DNA of 40,962 nucleotides from a virus, in IMG/VR virus record IMGVR_UViG_3300017782_000052; one strand, written 5' to 3'. The notes beneath the pieces are model-generated. The model saw nothing but the letters and a program-made list of their open reading frames with translations, did no database searches and was not told the DNA's origin. A program made the translations under genes and the position numbers. The stretch's first letter is position 1, and every line of letters begins with the position of its first letter. Of this stretch, positions 26,158 to 32,338 are shown piece by piece.

Positions 26158-27807
26158 TCACGCAAAGAAATACTCTGATTGTAGTATCTCACGCAAATTT
26201 AATTCACCCCTAGCTGGTGGCACTGGTACATCTTCAGTACCTAGTACCTTGATAGCATGTTGCCTCAACTCTGTCAACACATCATGCTGCTCATACATAT
26301 TAACAAACTCCTCACGTAATACCTCAGACAACAATGGCATCATACTACTGTGTGTACCGTAGCTGTCGTGTACCATAGCAAAGTCTTGGATGCCTAGCTT
26401 GCTTGCCTTGTTGATAGTCTTGGTCATAGCTGACGCATCCAGACTGTGGATAAAGTTAGGGCTGCTGCCCAACCCTGTCCTCTGCCTGTTAACAGAGTTT
26501 GGTTTGTCTCTAGGAAAGGACAACGACACGATGCCCCCATTGATATGTGTCTTGATTCTTTTCTGCTGCACCTCACTGTATTGTTGTAACACTAACCATC
26601 CTGTAGGTGTGACCCACTCCATGTGCCTGTTCATCTGAGCATACACATCAGCCACATCTTTAATGTAATCCATCACCTTACGTGCTGATACAATTACCTC
26701 ACTGATTGAATCCCATACGTGACCAGCTAGGTAATTGGATGCCTCAAACAAATCATCACCGAATGGGTTAGGCTCACCACCATCTATCTTCTCACGCATA
26801 GCTTCCTCTATGTAACCACGACAGGCGTGGCGTGTACCACTGTAGGGTACGATCATTACTGGACGCTTGGCAAGCTTCCTGTCTACGCCAAAGGCCAAGC
26901 ACTTACGTGCTAGTTCTGTGTCGTCCTGCTCCACACGTGCGATAGTCTTGTCTGCCACCTGTGTGTAGATGTCTTGAGGTATACCTGATGGTACTAAGTT
27001 AGTAGCAAGGCCACCCTGCCTGTCCCGCAGTATGGCAGAGAGGTGCTGTAGCCCATTGCAGCTACCATCTGCTGACACAGGTAGGCGTGTCTCATACCCC
27101 CAGCTATGCTTCATCAGGCCTGACATCTCGTAGCACCATGCCAAGAACTGAAATGGTTTGTCTGCCTCAAGCCAGACCAAGCACTCGTATGGGTTGGACA
27201 CAATGCGGTGCGCCCACATCTCTGCGTACTCCCATGCCCATGTCTCACGCTGGTCTAGTGTAACCTTGTCGTTACCGTACAGGTTGGCACCATGAATACA
27301 CAACCATCGTGCATCGTCCCAGCTATTGATAGCCATAGGGTAGCCAAACTCTAGCAGTGCCTTACTCCAATCGGCAGACTGAGGTGAGAGGAACGTGCTG
27401 CTTGCATACTTGCGAGAACGGAAGTCGTTCTGCCACACATAATAGAACTTGTCATACTTAGAAAACTGTTCTGCTATCTGTAGAGTACGCTCTACTTGTA
27501 TGCGCTTGCTCACGCTGCGGTTGTTGAGAGAGTAGATGTGATTACGCTTGCGTGACCATGCACGAAAGTCATCCCTCTCAGCCTCAGTCAACTGCTTGGG
27601 GTCACGGTCAAAGGGATACTCAGGTAATGGTATATCCTCTTTGGCTGGTAGCTTACCCCACTCATGTCCGTTGTCCCATATGGTACGCATCACCTCAAGC
27701 AATGGCTTGTTGATACGCCACTCTGTCCGTTGCAGTGTGTTAAGACAGGCATACTCTTGGCTCAAGTCTTCCTGCTTTAGTCTGCGTAAGTGTGTCTTCA
27801 AACTCAT
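26158..27807 (-). CDS. Single-subunit (T7-like) RNA polymerase, C-terminal part: thumb, palm and fingers (549 aa).
   Basis: NTLQRTEWRINKPLLEV (T7 NIAQNTAWKINKKVLAV), DGSCNGLQHLSAILRD (T7 DGSCSGIQHFSAMLRD), RPVMIVPYSGT, PNFIHSLDAS, VHDSYGT (T7 IHDSFGT), and the C-terminus LQSEYFFA (T7 LESDFAFA). Confidence 0.92.
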   Translation of the reverse strand: MSLKTHLRRLKQEDLSQEYACLNTLQRTEWRINKPLLEVMRTIWDNGHEWGKLPAKEDIPLPEYPFDRDPKQLTEAERDDFRAWSRKRNHIYSLNNRSVSKRIQVERTLQIAEQFSKYDKFYYVWQNDFRSRKYASSTFLSPQSADWSKALLEFGYPMAINSWDDARWLCIHGANLYGNDKVTLDQRETWAWEYAEMWAHRIVSNPYECLVWLEADKPFQFLAWCYEMSGLMKHSWGYETRLPVSADGSCNGLQHLSAILRDRQGGLATNLVPSGIPQDIYTQVADKTIARVEQDDTELARKCLAFGVDRKLAKRPVMIVPYSGTRHACRGYIEEAMREKIDGGEPNPFGDDLFEASNYLAGHVWDSISEVIVSARKVMDYIKDVADVYAQMNRHMEWVTPTGWLVLQQYSEVQQKRIKTHINGGIVSLSFPRDKPNSVNRQRTGLGSSPNFIHSLDASAMTKTINKASKLGIQDFAMVHDSYGTHSSMMPLLSEVLREEFVNMYEQHDVLTELRQHAIKVLGTEDVPVPPARGELNLREILQSEYFFA

Positions 27808-28601
27808 TTGCGCCTCACTATAGGTAGTTCATCTATATCGTGACCATGAAACCCACCACCCTGTACATCTGTCCAGTCTTTGGGTGGTACTATGCAGGGT
27901 AGATAGCGTGGCCTTGATACTTCCATGTATTCGTTGAACGCTTGGATAAACTCTAGCGTACCATCAGTAGGTTTAACGTAGGTAGCCCTGCGTTTACGTT
28001 CAGTCTGCTGTGTGTCCAGCTTAACAATACCTGTGTGCTGGATGATGATGTCCACCATCTTAAATCCTACATGCACACGCTCTGACTTTAGCCATGCTGA
28101 TTCTTCGTACCCATCCTTGTTCATCTTGTGTGTCAGACCGTAGCGTCTAGCACCATAGGCTTTCTTCATAGCCTCTTTGATTGTGTTCTTTGCTACACCA
28201 CCTTCTGCGTGTACCCATCTGTCTAGTCTATCCTGCATCTCAATGTTAGTACCAATGGTACGTGCCACATGCAGCAGTGTGTTCTTCCTGCTGATGCTGT
28301 CAACCAACGACACCACTGAGAGGTAGGCTACCTGCTCTGCATCCATATCCCTGACACGCTTCCATGCTATGTCTCTTGATGGATTGCTAGGGTTGGCTAG
28401 GTACTGTTCTATACCCTGTGCTACCTGCCCCACAACTGTACCCACAATGGCTCTACCATGTGGCAGGTGTGATTCCCTACCCTTTTCAATGGCCTTGTCT
28501 CTGGCCTTCCTGAAGCGATTAACACCACCTGTCAGCATGTCTGCCTCAAGTTCAAGCTGGTGTTCAAATAGGTCTTGGTTAGTTTCTAAAGTTACAACCA
28601 T
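27804..28601 (-). CDS. Single-subunit RNA polymerase, N-terminal domain, encoded as a separate ORF (265 aa).
   Basis: GVNRFRK (T7 GEARFRK), ERVHVGFKMVDIIIQHTGIV (T7 DSIHVGVRCIEMLIESTGMV), and YLPCIVPPKDWTDVQGGGFH (T7 FQPCVVPPKPWTGITGGGYW). It ends ...ELPIVRRK with a TGA that overlaps the ATG of 26158-27807. Confidence 0.88.
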   Translation of the reverse strand: MVVTLETNQDLFEHQLELEADMLTGGVNRFRKARDKAIEKGRESHLPHGRAIVGTVVGQVAQGIEQYLANPSNPSRDIAWKRVRDMDAEQVAYLSVVSLVDSISRKNTLLHVARTIGTNIEMQDRLDRWVHAEGGVAKNTIKEAMKKAYGARRYGLTHKMNKDGYEESAWLKSERVHVGFKMVDIIIQHTGIVKLDTQQTERKRRATYVKPTDGTLEFIQAFNEYMEVSRPRYLPCIVPPKDWTDVQGGGFHGHDIDELPIVRRK

Positions 28602-28633
28602 GATAAGACCCCCTTTACTATATCTTTAAGATA
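28583..28633 (+). repeat. Inverted-repeat arm E, which pairs with 32309-32360.
   Basis: Plus strand reads tttctaaagttacaaccATgaTaagaccccc-tttactatatctttaagata. The reverse complement of 32309-32360 reads tttctaaagttacaaccTAgaCaagacccccctttactatatctttaagata. That is 48 matches, 3 mismatches and 1 gap. Confidence 0.9.
28585..28602 (+). promoter_or_regulatory. Copy E of the conserved motif, in the OPPOSITE orientation (plus strand) and overlapping RNAP codons 1-6. It is a candidate antisense or leftward promoter.
   Basis: Plus strand reads TCTAAAGTTACAACCATG. If it functions like copies A-D, it would fire into the early genes in antisense. Confidence 0.3.
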
Positions 28634-28784
28634 CGGTCAGCATCCCTGCTATACCAATGGTGAATACACCTGTTAACATAACTACAAATTGTATACCTGT
28701 TACTGATTCATAGTCACCTATCATACCTACTACTGCTACTGCTATCATAGCTACAATCCATACTATAAGTAGTACATCCATCAT
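28626..28784 (-). CDS. Small two-transmembrane-segment protein (52 aa), below the ORF-track cutoff.
   Basis: My translation is MMDVLLIVWIVAMIAVAVVGMIGDYESVTGIQFVVMLTGVFTIGIAGMLTVS. Its ATG overlaps the upstream TGA. Confidence 0.5.
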   Translation of the reverse strand: MMDVLLIVWIVAMIAVAVVGMIGDYESVTGIQFVVMLTGVFTIGIAGMLTVS

Positions 28785-28960
28785 GCTTCTCCATAATTAA
28801 TCAGTAACCATGTCTCCAATGGTGACTGTTGGACTGCTGTTGGTTCTTCTGCCCACTGCATTTGACACTCAGGGCAGTAGTATTCAATCATCCCATCCAC
28901 TGCGTACAAGGCTTCAGCCTCACCACTACAGTGCATACAGTTCTTATACCCCATGCTCAT
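28781..28960 (-). CDS. Small zinc-ribbon protein (59 aa), below the ORF-track cutoff.
   Basis: My translation is MSMGYKNCMHCSGEAEALYAVDGMIEYYCPECQMQWAEEPTAVQQSPLETWLLINYGEA. It has a C-x2-C...C-x2-C arrangement and an ATGA overlap with the upstream ORF. Confidence 0.55.
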   Translation of the reverse strand: MSMGYKNCMHCSGEAEALYAVDGMIEYYCPECQMQWAEEPTAVQQSPLETWLLINYGEA

Positions 28961-29190
28961 TGCTCTGTCCCCTCATTGGTACGCAACAATTCCCCAGCTA
29001 CATACCCCATCTTAAACTTGATATGATACTGAGCCTGTTTGTTCTTATCATACTGGTTGTCATAAGTCAAGCCATGATAGCCATTGTGATAGCCCATAAT
29101 GTAGGCATCATCATACTTGTTACGTCCCTGATTCATTGTCTGTCTCCGCCTAGTCTGCATCACTGCTCTGTGTACTGGTGTTACCTTCAT
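28957..29190 (-). CDS. Early hypothetical protein (77 aa), Tyr/Gly-rich.
   Basis: It is coupled to the upstream ORF by a TAATG overlap. It contains YIMGYHNGYHGLTYDNQYDKN...KMGYVAG. Confidence 0.6.
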   Translation of the reverse strand: MKVTPVHRAVMQTRRRQTMNQGRNKYDDAYIMGYHNGYHGLTYDNQYDKNKQAQYHIKFKMGYVAGELLRTNEGTEQ

Positions 29191-29390
29191 TAGAACCTTG
29201 GCGTAAACTCTACGCCATCCCCATGCTGTTGCTTTAGGGTGCGTAGCTGCTGCCGCATAGCTGTTACATCCTCACCATCCCACTCTGCATCCTGTATCTT
29301 GATGGATAGTGCTGTCAATTTTTTGACAGTATATTCTAGCCTGTCGTCAGAGTATACGTCCTTGCAGTATGTATCAATATACATGCTCAT
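29190..29390 (-). CDS. Early hypothetical protein (66 aa).
   Basis: ATG with GGGAG upstream, within an unbroken chain of overlapping minus-strand ORFs. Confidence 0.6.
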   Translation of the reverse strand: MSMYIDTYCKDVYSDDRLEYTVKKLTALSIKIQDAEWDGEDVTAMRQQLRTLKQQHGDGVEFTPRF

Positions 29391-29592
29391 CTTCTACTCC
29401 CTGTGCATACAGAAATTCCCCTGTGTCACGAATAGTATTACAATTTATACCGATGGTTGCATTATGCCAAGACTTTAACTTGTGTAACACATCAAGTGCT
29501 TGTTCTTTTGTGAGCCAGTCACACTCTATCATTACATCCTCAACAGACCACACGATTGCAATCTCATCGTCTTTTAGTTCAAGCTTTGTCAT
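29374..29592 (-). CDS. Early hypothetical protein (72 aa from the ATG; the ORF track begins at a TTG at 29598).
   Basis: ATG at 29592, preceded by GAGGAG. Confidence 0.6.
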   Translation of the reverse strand: MTKLELKDDEIAIVWSVEDVMIECDWLTKEQALDVLHKLKSWHNATIGINCNTIRDTGEFLYAQGVEDEHVY

Positions 29593-29887
29593 TGTCAATC
29601 TCCTCTACGTCATTGTCTATGATAAGACTTAGCATAGGTTCGTTGTCGTTGTCAATGTCTAACGACACCACGTACTGGTTTGTCCAGATAGACAAGTCAC
29701 CACGGTACGCCTCGTATAGTAGGTCATACATTTCCTGTGCCTCGTATACTTCGATGGCCTCAACAATCACATAACCCTTACGCTGCTTGTCGTATTCCAT
29801 TAGGGTCATGGTGTGTGCGCCTTCACCGTCCTGTGTTATGTCCAGCCTGTAGCTGTCGTCTAAGTGTAGCTGTAATGTTCTCATCAT
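29579..29887 (-). CDS. Strongly acidic early protein (102 aa from the ATG at 29887).
   Basis: AGGAG lies 8 nt upstream, and the ATG overlaps the upstream TGA as ATGA. I count about 24 D/E against about 7 K/R. The C-terminus is DIDNDNEPMLSLIIDNDVEEIDNDKA. Confidence 0.65.
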   Translation of the reverse strand: MMRTLQLHLDDSYRLDITQDGEGAHTMTLMEYDKQRKGYVIVEAIEVYEAQEMYDLLYEAYRGDLSIWTNQYVVSLDIDNDNEPMLSLIIDNDVEEIDNDKA

Positions 29888-30108
29888 TTTACAAACTCCT
29901 CGCTTGGTATCTTGTCCCACTCACTGCGTCTGATCTTCCACTTGTCTCGCTGTATGGGTGTGCAAAACCTCACCCACTTCCTGCCTACTACTACCCACAC
30001 TAAACGTGTGCCGCATACAGGCCAGCGTGTGTCGTATAGGTCACACCTAAACAGCTTGGCATTAGCCCATGTTTTTTCTGGTGGTTTTTCTATGCAATGT
30101 CCAGTCAT
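29884..30108 (-). CDS. Early hypothetical protein (74 aa), Trp/Arg/Cys-rich.
   Basis: It has an ATGA overlap with the upstream ORF. The sequence includes CIEK..., RCDLYDTRWPVCGTRLVWVVVGRKWVRFC. Confidence 0.6.
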   Translation of the reverse strand: MTGHCIEKPPEKTWANAKLFRCDLYDTRWPVCGTRLVWVVVGRKWVRFCTPIQRDKWKIRRSEWDKIPSEEFVK

Positions 30109-30326
30109 TTATATACCCCTTCCATCATGTCCATGCCTACAATCAGGCCATCAAGATAGGTTAACATCTCGCGTGGTGCTAGTCTATGCTGTATGACAGT
30201 GCTGCCCTCATTACAAGTTAGCTGCCAGCCACCATAGTGTGGTGCGTTGTTCAGTGCATAGTTTACACTTAGTCTGCGATTGATGCGTGATAGTCTGTTT
30301 TCTAACATACGCTTTGTGGTTCTCAT
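30105..30326 (-). CDS. Early hypothetical protein (73 aa).
   Basis: ATG with AAGGA/TAGGA upstream. I recognised no motif. Confidence 0.6.
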   Translation of the reverse strand: MRTTKRMLENRLSRINRRLSVNYALNNAPHYGGWQLTCNEGSTVIQHRLAPREMLTYLDGLIVGMDMMEGVYK

Positions 30327-30330
30327 AATC

Positions 30331-30441
30331 CTAATCCTTATGCGCTTGGTTAATCATGTCAGCATATGCCAACCCTGCTAGTCCTAGTGCTATGCCTATA
30401 AGCATTACCACGATTACTAATGCTAAGTCAATGATAAACAT
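30331..30441 (-). CDS. Very small single-transmembrane-segment ORF (36 aa), below the ORF-track cutoff.
   Basis: My translation is MFIIDLALVIVVMLIGIALGLAGLAYADMINQAHKD. It fills the gap between two early ORFs. Confidence 0.4.
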   Translation of the reverse strand: MFIIDLALVIVVMLIGIALGLAGLAYADMINQAHKD

Positions 30442-30450
30442 TCCTGTCCC

Positions 30451-31035
30451 CTATGTAATGTTGTGTATTCTACGCCATGCTACCCATGTGATAGCTTGCA
30501 TCTCATAAGCTTTGATACCACACTGCTTTGCCGCATGTCTATATAAATCCTGCAACATGGCATATTCTTTTTTGCCTATGTTAGTCTTGTCATCTGTCAA
30601 GCCTACTCGCTCACCATACGCAATGTTTCTGGCATGTCCGTCTATGGTGCATGTGTCCTCGCCCATGATGTTCTCATAAAAGCATACTATCTTTTGCCCA
30701 TTGAGTATAGCCTTGGTCTCTGAATAGTCTGGCATGTCTTGCAGTATGCGCCACGCCTTGGCTCGCATGGTGTGGTATGTGCTAACCTTTACCGATTCGA
30801 TATGGTCACCACGCATGAACGCACCGATCAAGTCATCTGCATTGGTCACGTTTCTGTGCCACTTGTTGTTGGGTGATAGTGCCGCCACAACACCCACTGC
30901 AATGTGCAACGATATGTCGTGTTTGTCTGCTATCTTTTGGCACTCGCACTTGGCTACATGATACCATGTCATGCCGTGCTTGACCTCTTCTGGATTGGCA
31001 AGTTTATAGATTGCCAGTATGTTTGCTACAGTCAT
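30451..31035 (-). CDS. Early protein (194 aa), function unknown.
   Basis: ATG with GGGAG upstream. The sequence looks helical (e.g. ...AITWVAWRRIHNIT at the C-terminus). I cannot name the family. Confidence 0.7.
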   Translation of the reverse strand: MTVANILAIYKLANPEEVKHGMTWYHVAKCECQKIADKHDISLHIAVGVVAALSPNNKWHRNVTNADDLIGAFMRGDHIESVKVSTYHTMRAKAWRILQDMPDYSETKAILNGQKIVCFYENIMGEDTCTIDGHARNIAYGERVGLTDDKTNIGKKEYAMLQDLYRHAAKQCGIKAYEMQAITWVAWRRIHNIT

Positions 31036-31046
31036 TGGTACTACTC

Positions 31047-31063
31047 CCTAGCTATTACAAGGT
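31047..31063. repeat. 17-bp perfect inverted repeat, arm 1 (partner 31334-31350).
   Basis: Plus strand reads cctagctattacaaggt, the exact reverse complement of 31334-31350 (accttgtaatagctagg). Confidence 0.95.
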
Positions 31064-31096
31064 ACAACAATGACTAGCACTGTTGTCCCCTATATG

Positions 31097-31297
31097 TCAA
31101 GTGCGTGTAATGTCTGCAACACCACCGAAACCACGGTTAGCCAATGCTGGCACATGCAAGTACCGACTAACTTTGCCTGTATGCAGTCCCATAAACGTGC
31201 TGCCACTGCTAACACCGAAACGATACTTGTTAACACGTGGACGCTTGCCTACTACTGCCACAGTCTTACCGAACATTTTGATAGTTTTGGTTTTCAT
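31097..31297 (-). CDS. First early ORF (66 aa), basic, hypothetical.
   Basis: ATG with GAGAGAGGA upstream. The product is MKTKTIKMFGKTVAVVGKRPRVNKYRFGV.... It is bracketed by the 17-bp inverted repeat. Confidence 0.6.
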   Translation of the reverse strand: MKTKTIKMFGKTVAVVGKRPRVNKYRFGVSSGSTFMGLHTGKVSRYLHVPALANRGFGGVADITRT

Positions 31298-31314
31298 AGT
31301 CTTAGTCCTCTCTC

Positions 31315-31343
31315 AATATAGGCGCACTATTGCACCTTGTAAT
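31315..31343 (-). promoter_or_regulatory. Candidate sigma70-type host promoter for the early genes.
   Basis: Minus strand has ATTACA (-35, 4/6), a 17-nt spacer and TATATT (-10, 5/6), about 18 nt before the first early ATG. The host is unknown, so this call is weak. Confidence 0.3.
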
Positions 31344-31350
31344 AGCTAGG
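31334..31350. repeat. 17-bp perfect inverted repeat, arm 2.
   Basis: See 31047-31063. Confidence 0.95.
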
Positions 31351-31417
31351 CGTTTTTACGGTTGCTATCCCGCCCACGCCTAGCTTGGCCTAGCATCCTC
31401 GCAGCACATAGCCTAGC
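31345..31417. repeat. Cluster of four GCCTAGC heptamers (one inverted, three direct).
   Basis: gctaggc at 31345-31351 (inverted); gcctagc at 31378-31384, 31388-31394 and 31411-31417. The first two direct copies are 10 bp apart. Confidence 0.7.
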
Positions 31418-31756
31418 GGTACTGTCTATGGCTTGGGCTTCCCTTGCATATGGCAGGACTGCAAACCTTATCCTTTATAGTGCTATCCATTAGGCTAGTA
31501 CACTGCAAGCTTTAGGTGCTTCGTAACCTTTAGTCTCTAAACGGTATTCTCTTTTTATTCGGTAGTCAATCCATATTCGTATTCGGTATGCATATTCTTT
31601 TTTAGTCTGTGACCTAGCAAGGTTGAGCGTATCGCTTATGCGCTTTCTTTCGGTCTATCAAAAGTTTCTTGCTATTGCTCTTGCGAGTAAGTCGGTACGT
31701 TTTCTTTCGATGCTTAAACCTAGCATGGAATAATTGAGAAAGTAAACAACGGATAT

Positions 31757-31808
31757 TTGACACTTGTAGCGTCAGAATATTGACAGGTGTCAGGTTTTTG
31801 ACAGGTGT
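31757..31808. repeat. TTGACA(G/C)(G/T)TGT repeat cluster, including the palindrome TGACAggTGTCA.
   Basis: ttgacacttgt at 31757-31767; ttgacaggtgt at 31780-31790 and 31798-31808. TGACAGGTGTCA at 31781-31792 is a 5+2+5 palindrome. aggtgtcagg recurs at about 31994-32003. Confidence 0.7.
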
Positions 31809-31837
31809 TTATATATACTTAAAGTGTCCAGTAGTTT

Positions 31838-31888
31838 GTTCTGGTTATGTTCTAGGTCTTTAAGGTTTGTTAAGAACAGAACAAGAAC
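31838..31888. repeat. Imperfect 16-bp inverted repeat (GTTCT-rich).
   Basis: gttctggttatgttct (31838-31853) against agaacagaacaagaac (31873-31888). 14 of 16 positions are complementary, with a 19-nt spacer. Confidence 0.5.
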
Positions 31889-31920
31889 AGATAGAGAGAG
31901 ACACACAAAAGATTCTAAAA

Positions 31921-31981
31921 GACCCCAAAGAATCTTAGCCATGCCTAACATTTAAAGGCACCCTGAAGAATCTTTGGGGTC
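31921..31981. terminator. Long hairpin (61 nt); candidate bidirectional terminator or structural element in the non-coding region.
   Basis: gaccccaaagaatctt (31921-31936) pairs with aagaatctttggggtc (31966-31981) at 15 of 16 positions. There is an inner 5-bp stem, tgcct/aggca. A U4 run follows immediately on the minus strand, and a UUUU run follows 7 nt downstream on the plus strand. Confidence 0.45.
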
Positions 31982-32024
31982 GCATAGATTTTAAGGTGTC
32001 AGGGGGTCACGCGCATCTACTAAT

Positions 32025-32054
32025 ATTATATACCCCCTCAGATTTTTTCGTCAT
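32025..32054 (-). promoter_or_regulatory. Candidate sigma70-type promoter.
   Basis: Minus strand has ATGACG (-35, 4/6), an 18-nt spacer and TATAAT (perfect -10). However, the 31921-31981 hairpin lies only about 40 nt downstream. Confidence 0.25.
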
Positions 32055-32056
32055 TT

Positions 32057-32245
32057 TTAGGCCTGTTTAGCACCCTTAATGGTACATACAAAGTCTACAG
32101 TCTTCCAATGACCATCTGGTGGATACTCCTCATGTACTATCTTCATCTCAATACAAGCAGGTTCAGTATCAAACCACTGTACATCTTGTGTCAAACAATT
32201 GACAGGAGAACATACAGTAAGCATTAGTGTCCATATTACTTCCAT
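32057..32245 (-). CDS. Small Cys-containing hypothetical protein (62 aa) at the gp19.5 position, after the terminase gene.
   Basis: ATG with AAGG upstream and a hydrophobic N-terminus (MEVIWTLMLTVCSPVNC). It is the last ORF before the non-coding region. Confidence 0.55.
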   Translation of the reverse strand: MEVIWTLMLTVCSPVNCLTQDVQWFDTEPACIEMKIVHEEYPPDGHWKTVDFVCTIKGAKQA

Positions 32246-32299
32246 AATCTTGCCTTATTCTCATAGCCGAAGCATAAGCAGCATACCTAAAGACCCTTA

Positions 32300-32338
32300 A
32301 AGACCCCCTATCTTAAAGATATAGTAAAGGGGGGTCTT
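32300..32338 (-). terminator. Hairpin immediately downstream of terL and motif copy D; candidate terminator or attenuator.
   Basis: aagaccccc (32300-32308) pairs with gggggtctt (32330-32338), giving a 9-bp GC-rich stem and a 21-nt loop. On the minus strand it is followed by UAAGGGUCUUUAGG, which is not a clean U-run. Confidence 0.4.

Noticed and set aside
27813-27823. The plus strand reads CTCACTATAGG, an 11-nt match to the core of the T7 class III promoter, located exactly at the RNAP split junction.
   Set aside because: It is antisense to all genes and is simply the complement of the codons for LPIVR. The upstream -17 to -10 part does not match T7, and this phage's RNAP is too divergent to assume T7 specificity. 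I treat it as coincidence, although it is cheap to test in vitro.
26158-28601. An apparent GC-content difference. Spot counts of single 60-nt lines gave roughly 47-57% in the RNAP and replication genes, against 35-43% in the internal-virion and fibre genes.
   Set aside because: This rests on a handful of hand-counted lines only, with no proper sliding window, so I make no claim of horizontal acquisition from it.
31757-31830. Three TTGACA hexamers that look like sigma70 -35 boxes.
   Set aside because: They are on the plus (non-coding) strand, and no acceptable -10 hexamer lies 16-18 nt downstream of any of them. The nearest TATACT/TATATA elements are 8-10 nt away. I report them as repeats instead.
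31350-32056. Possible tRNA or small RNA gene in the 0.7-kb non-coding region.
   Set aside because: I saw no GTTCGAAT/GGTTCRANYC-type T-arm and no cloverleaf-compatible acceptor pairing on either strand. Only generic hairpins and repeats are present.
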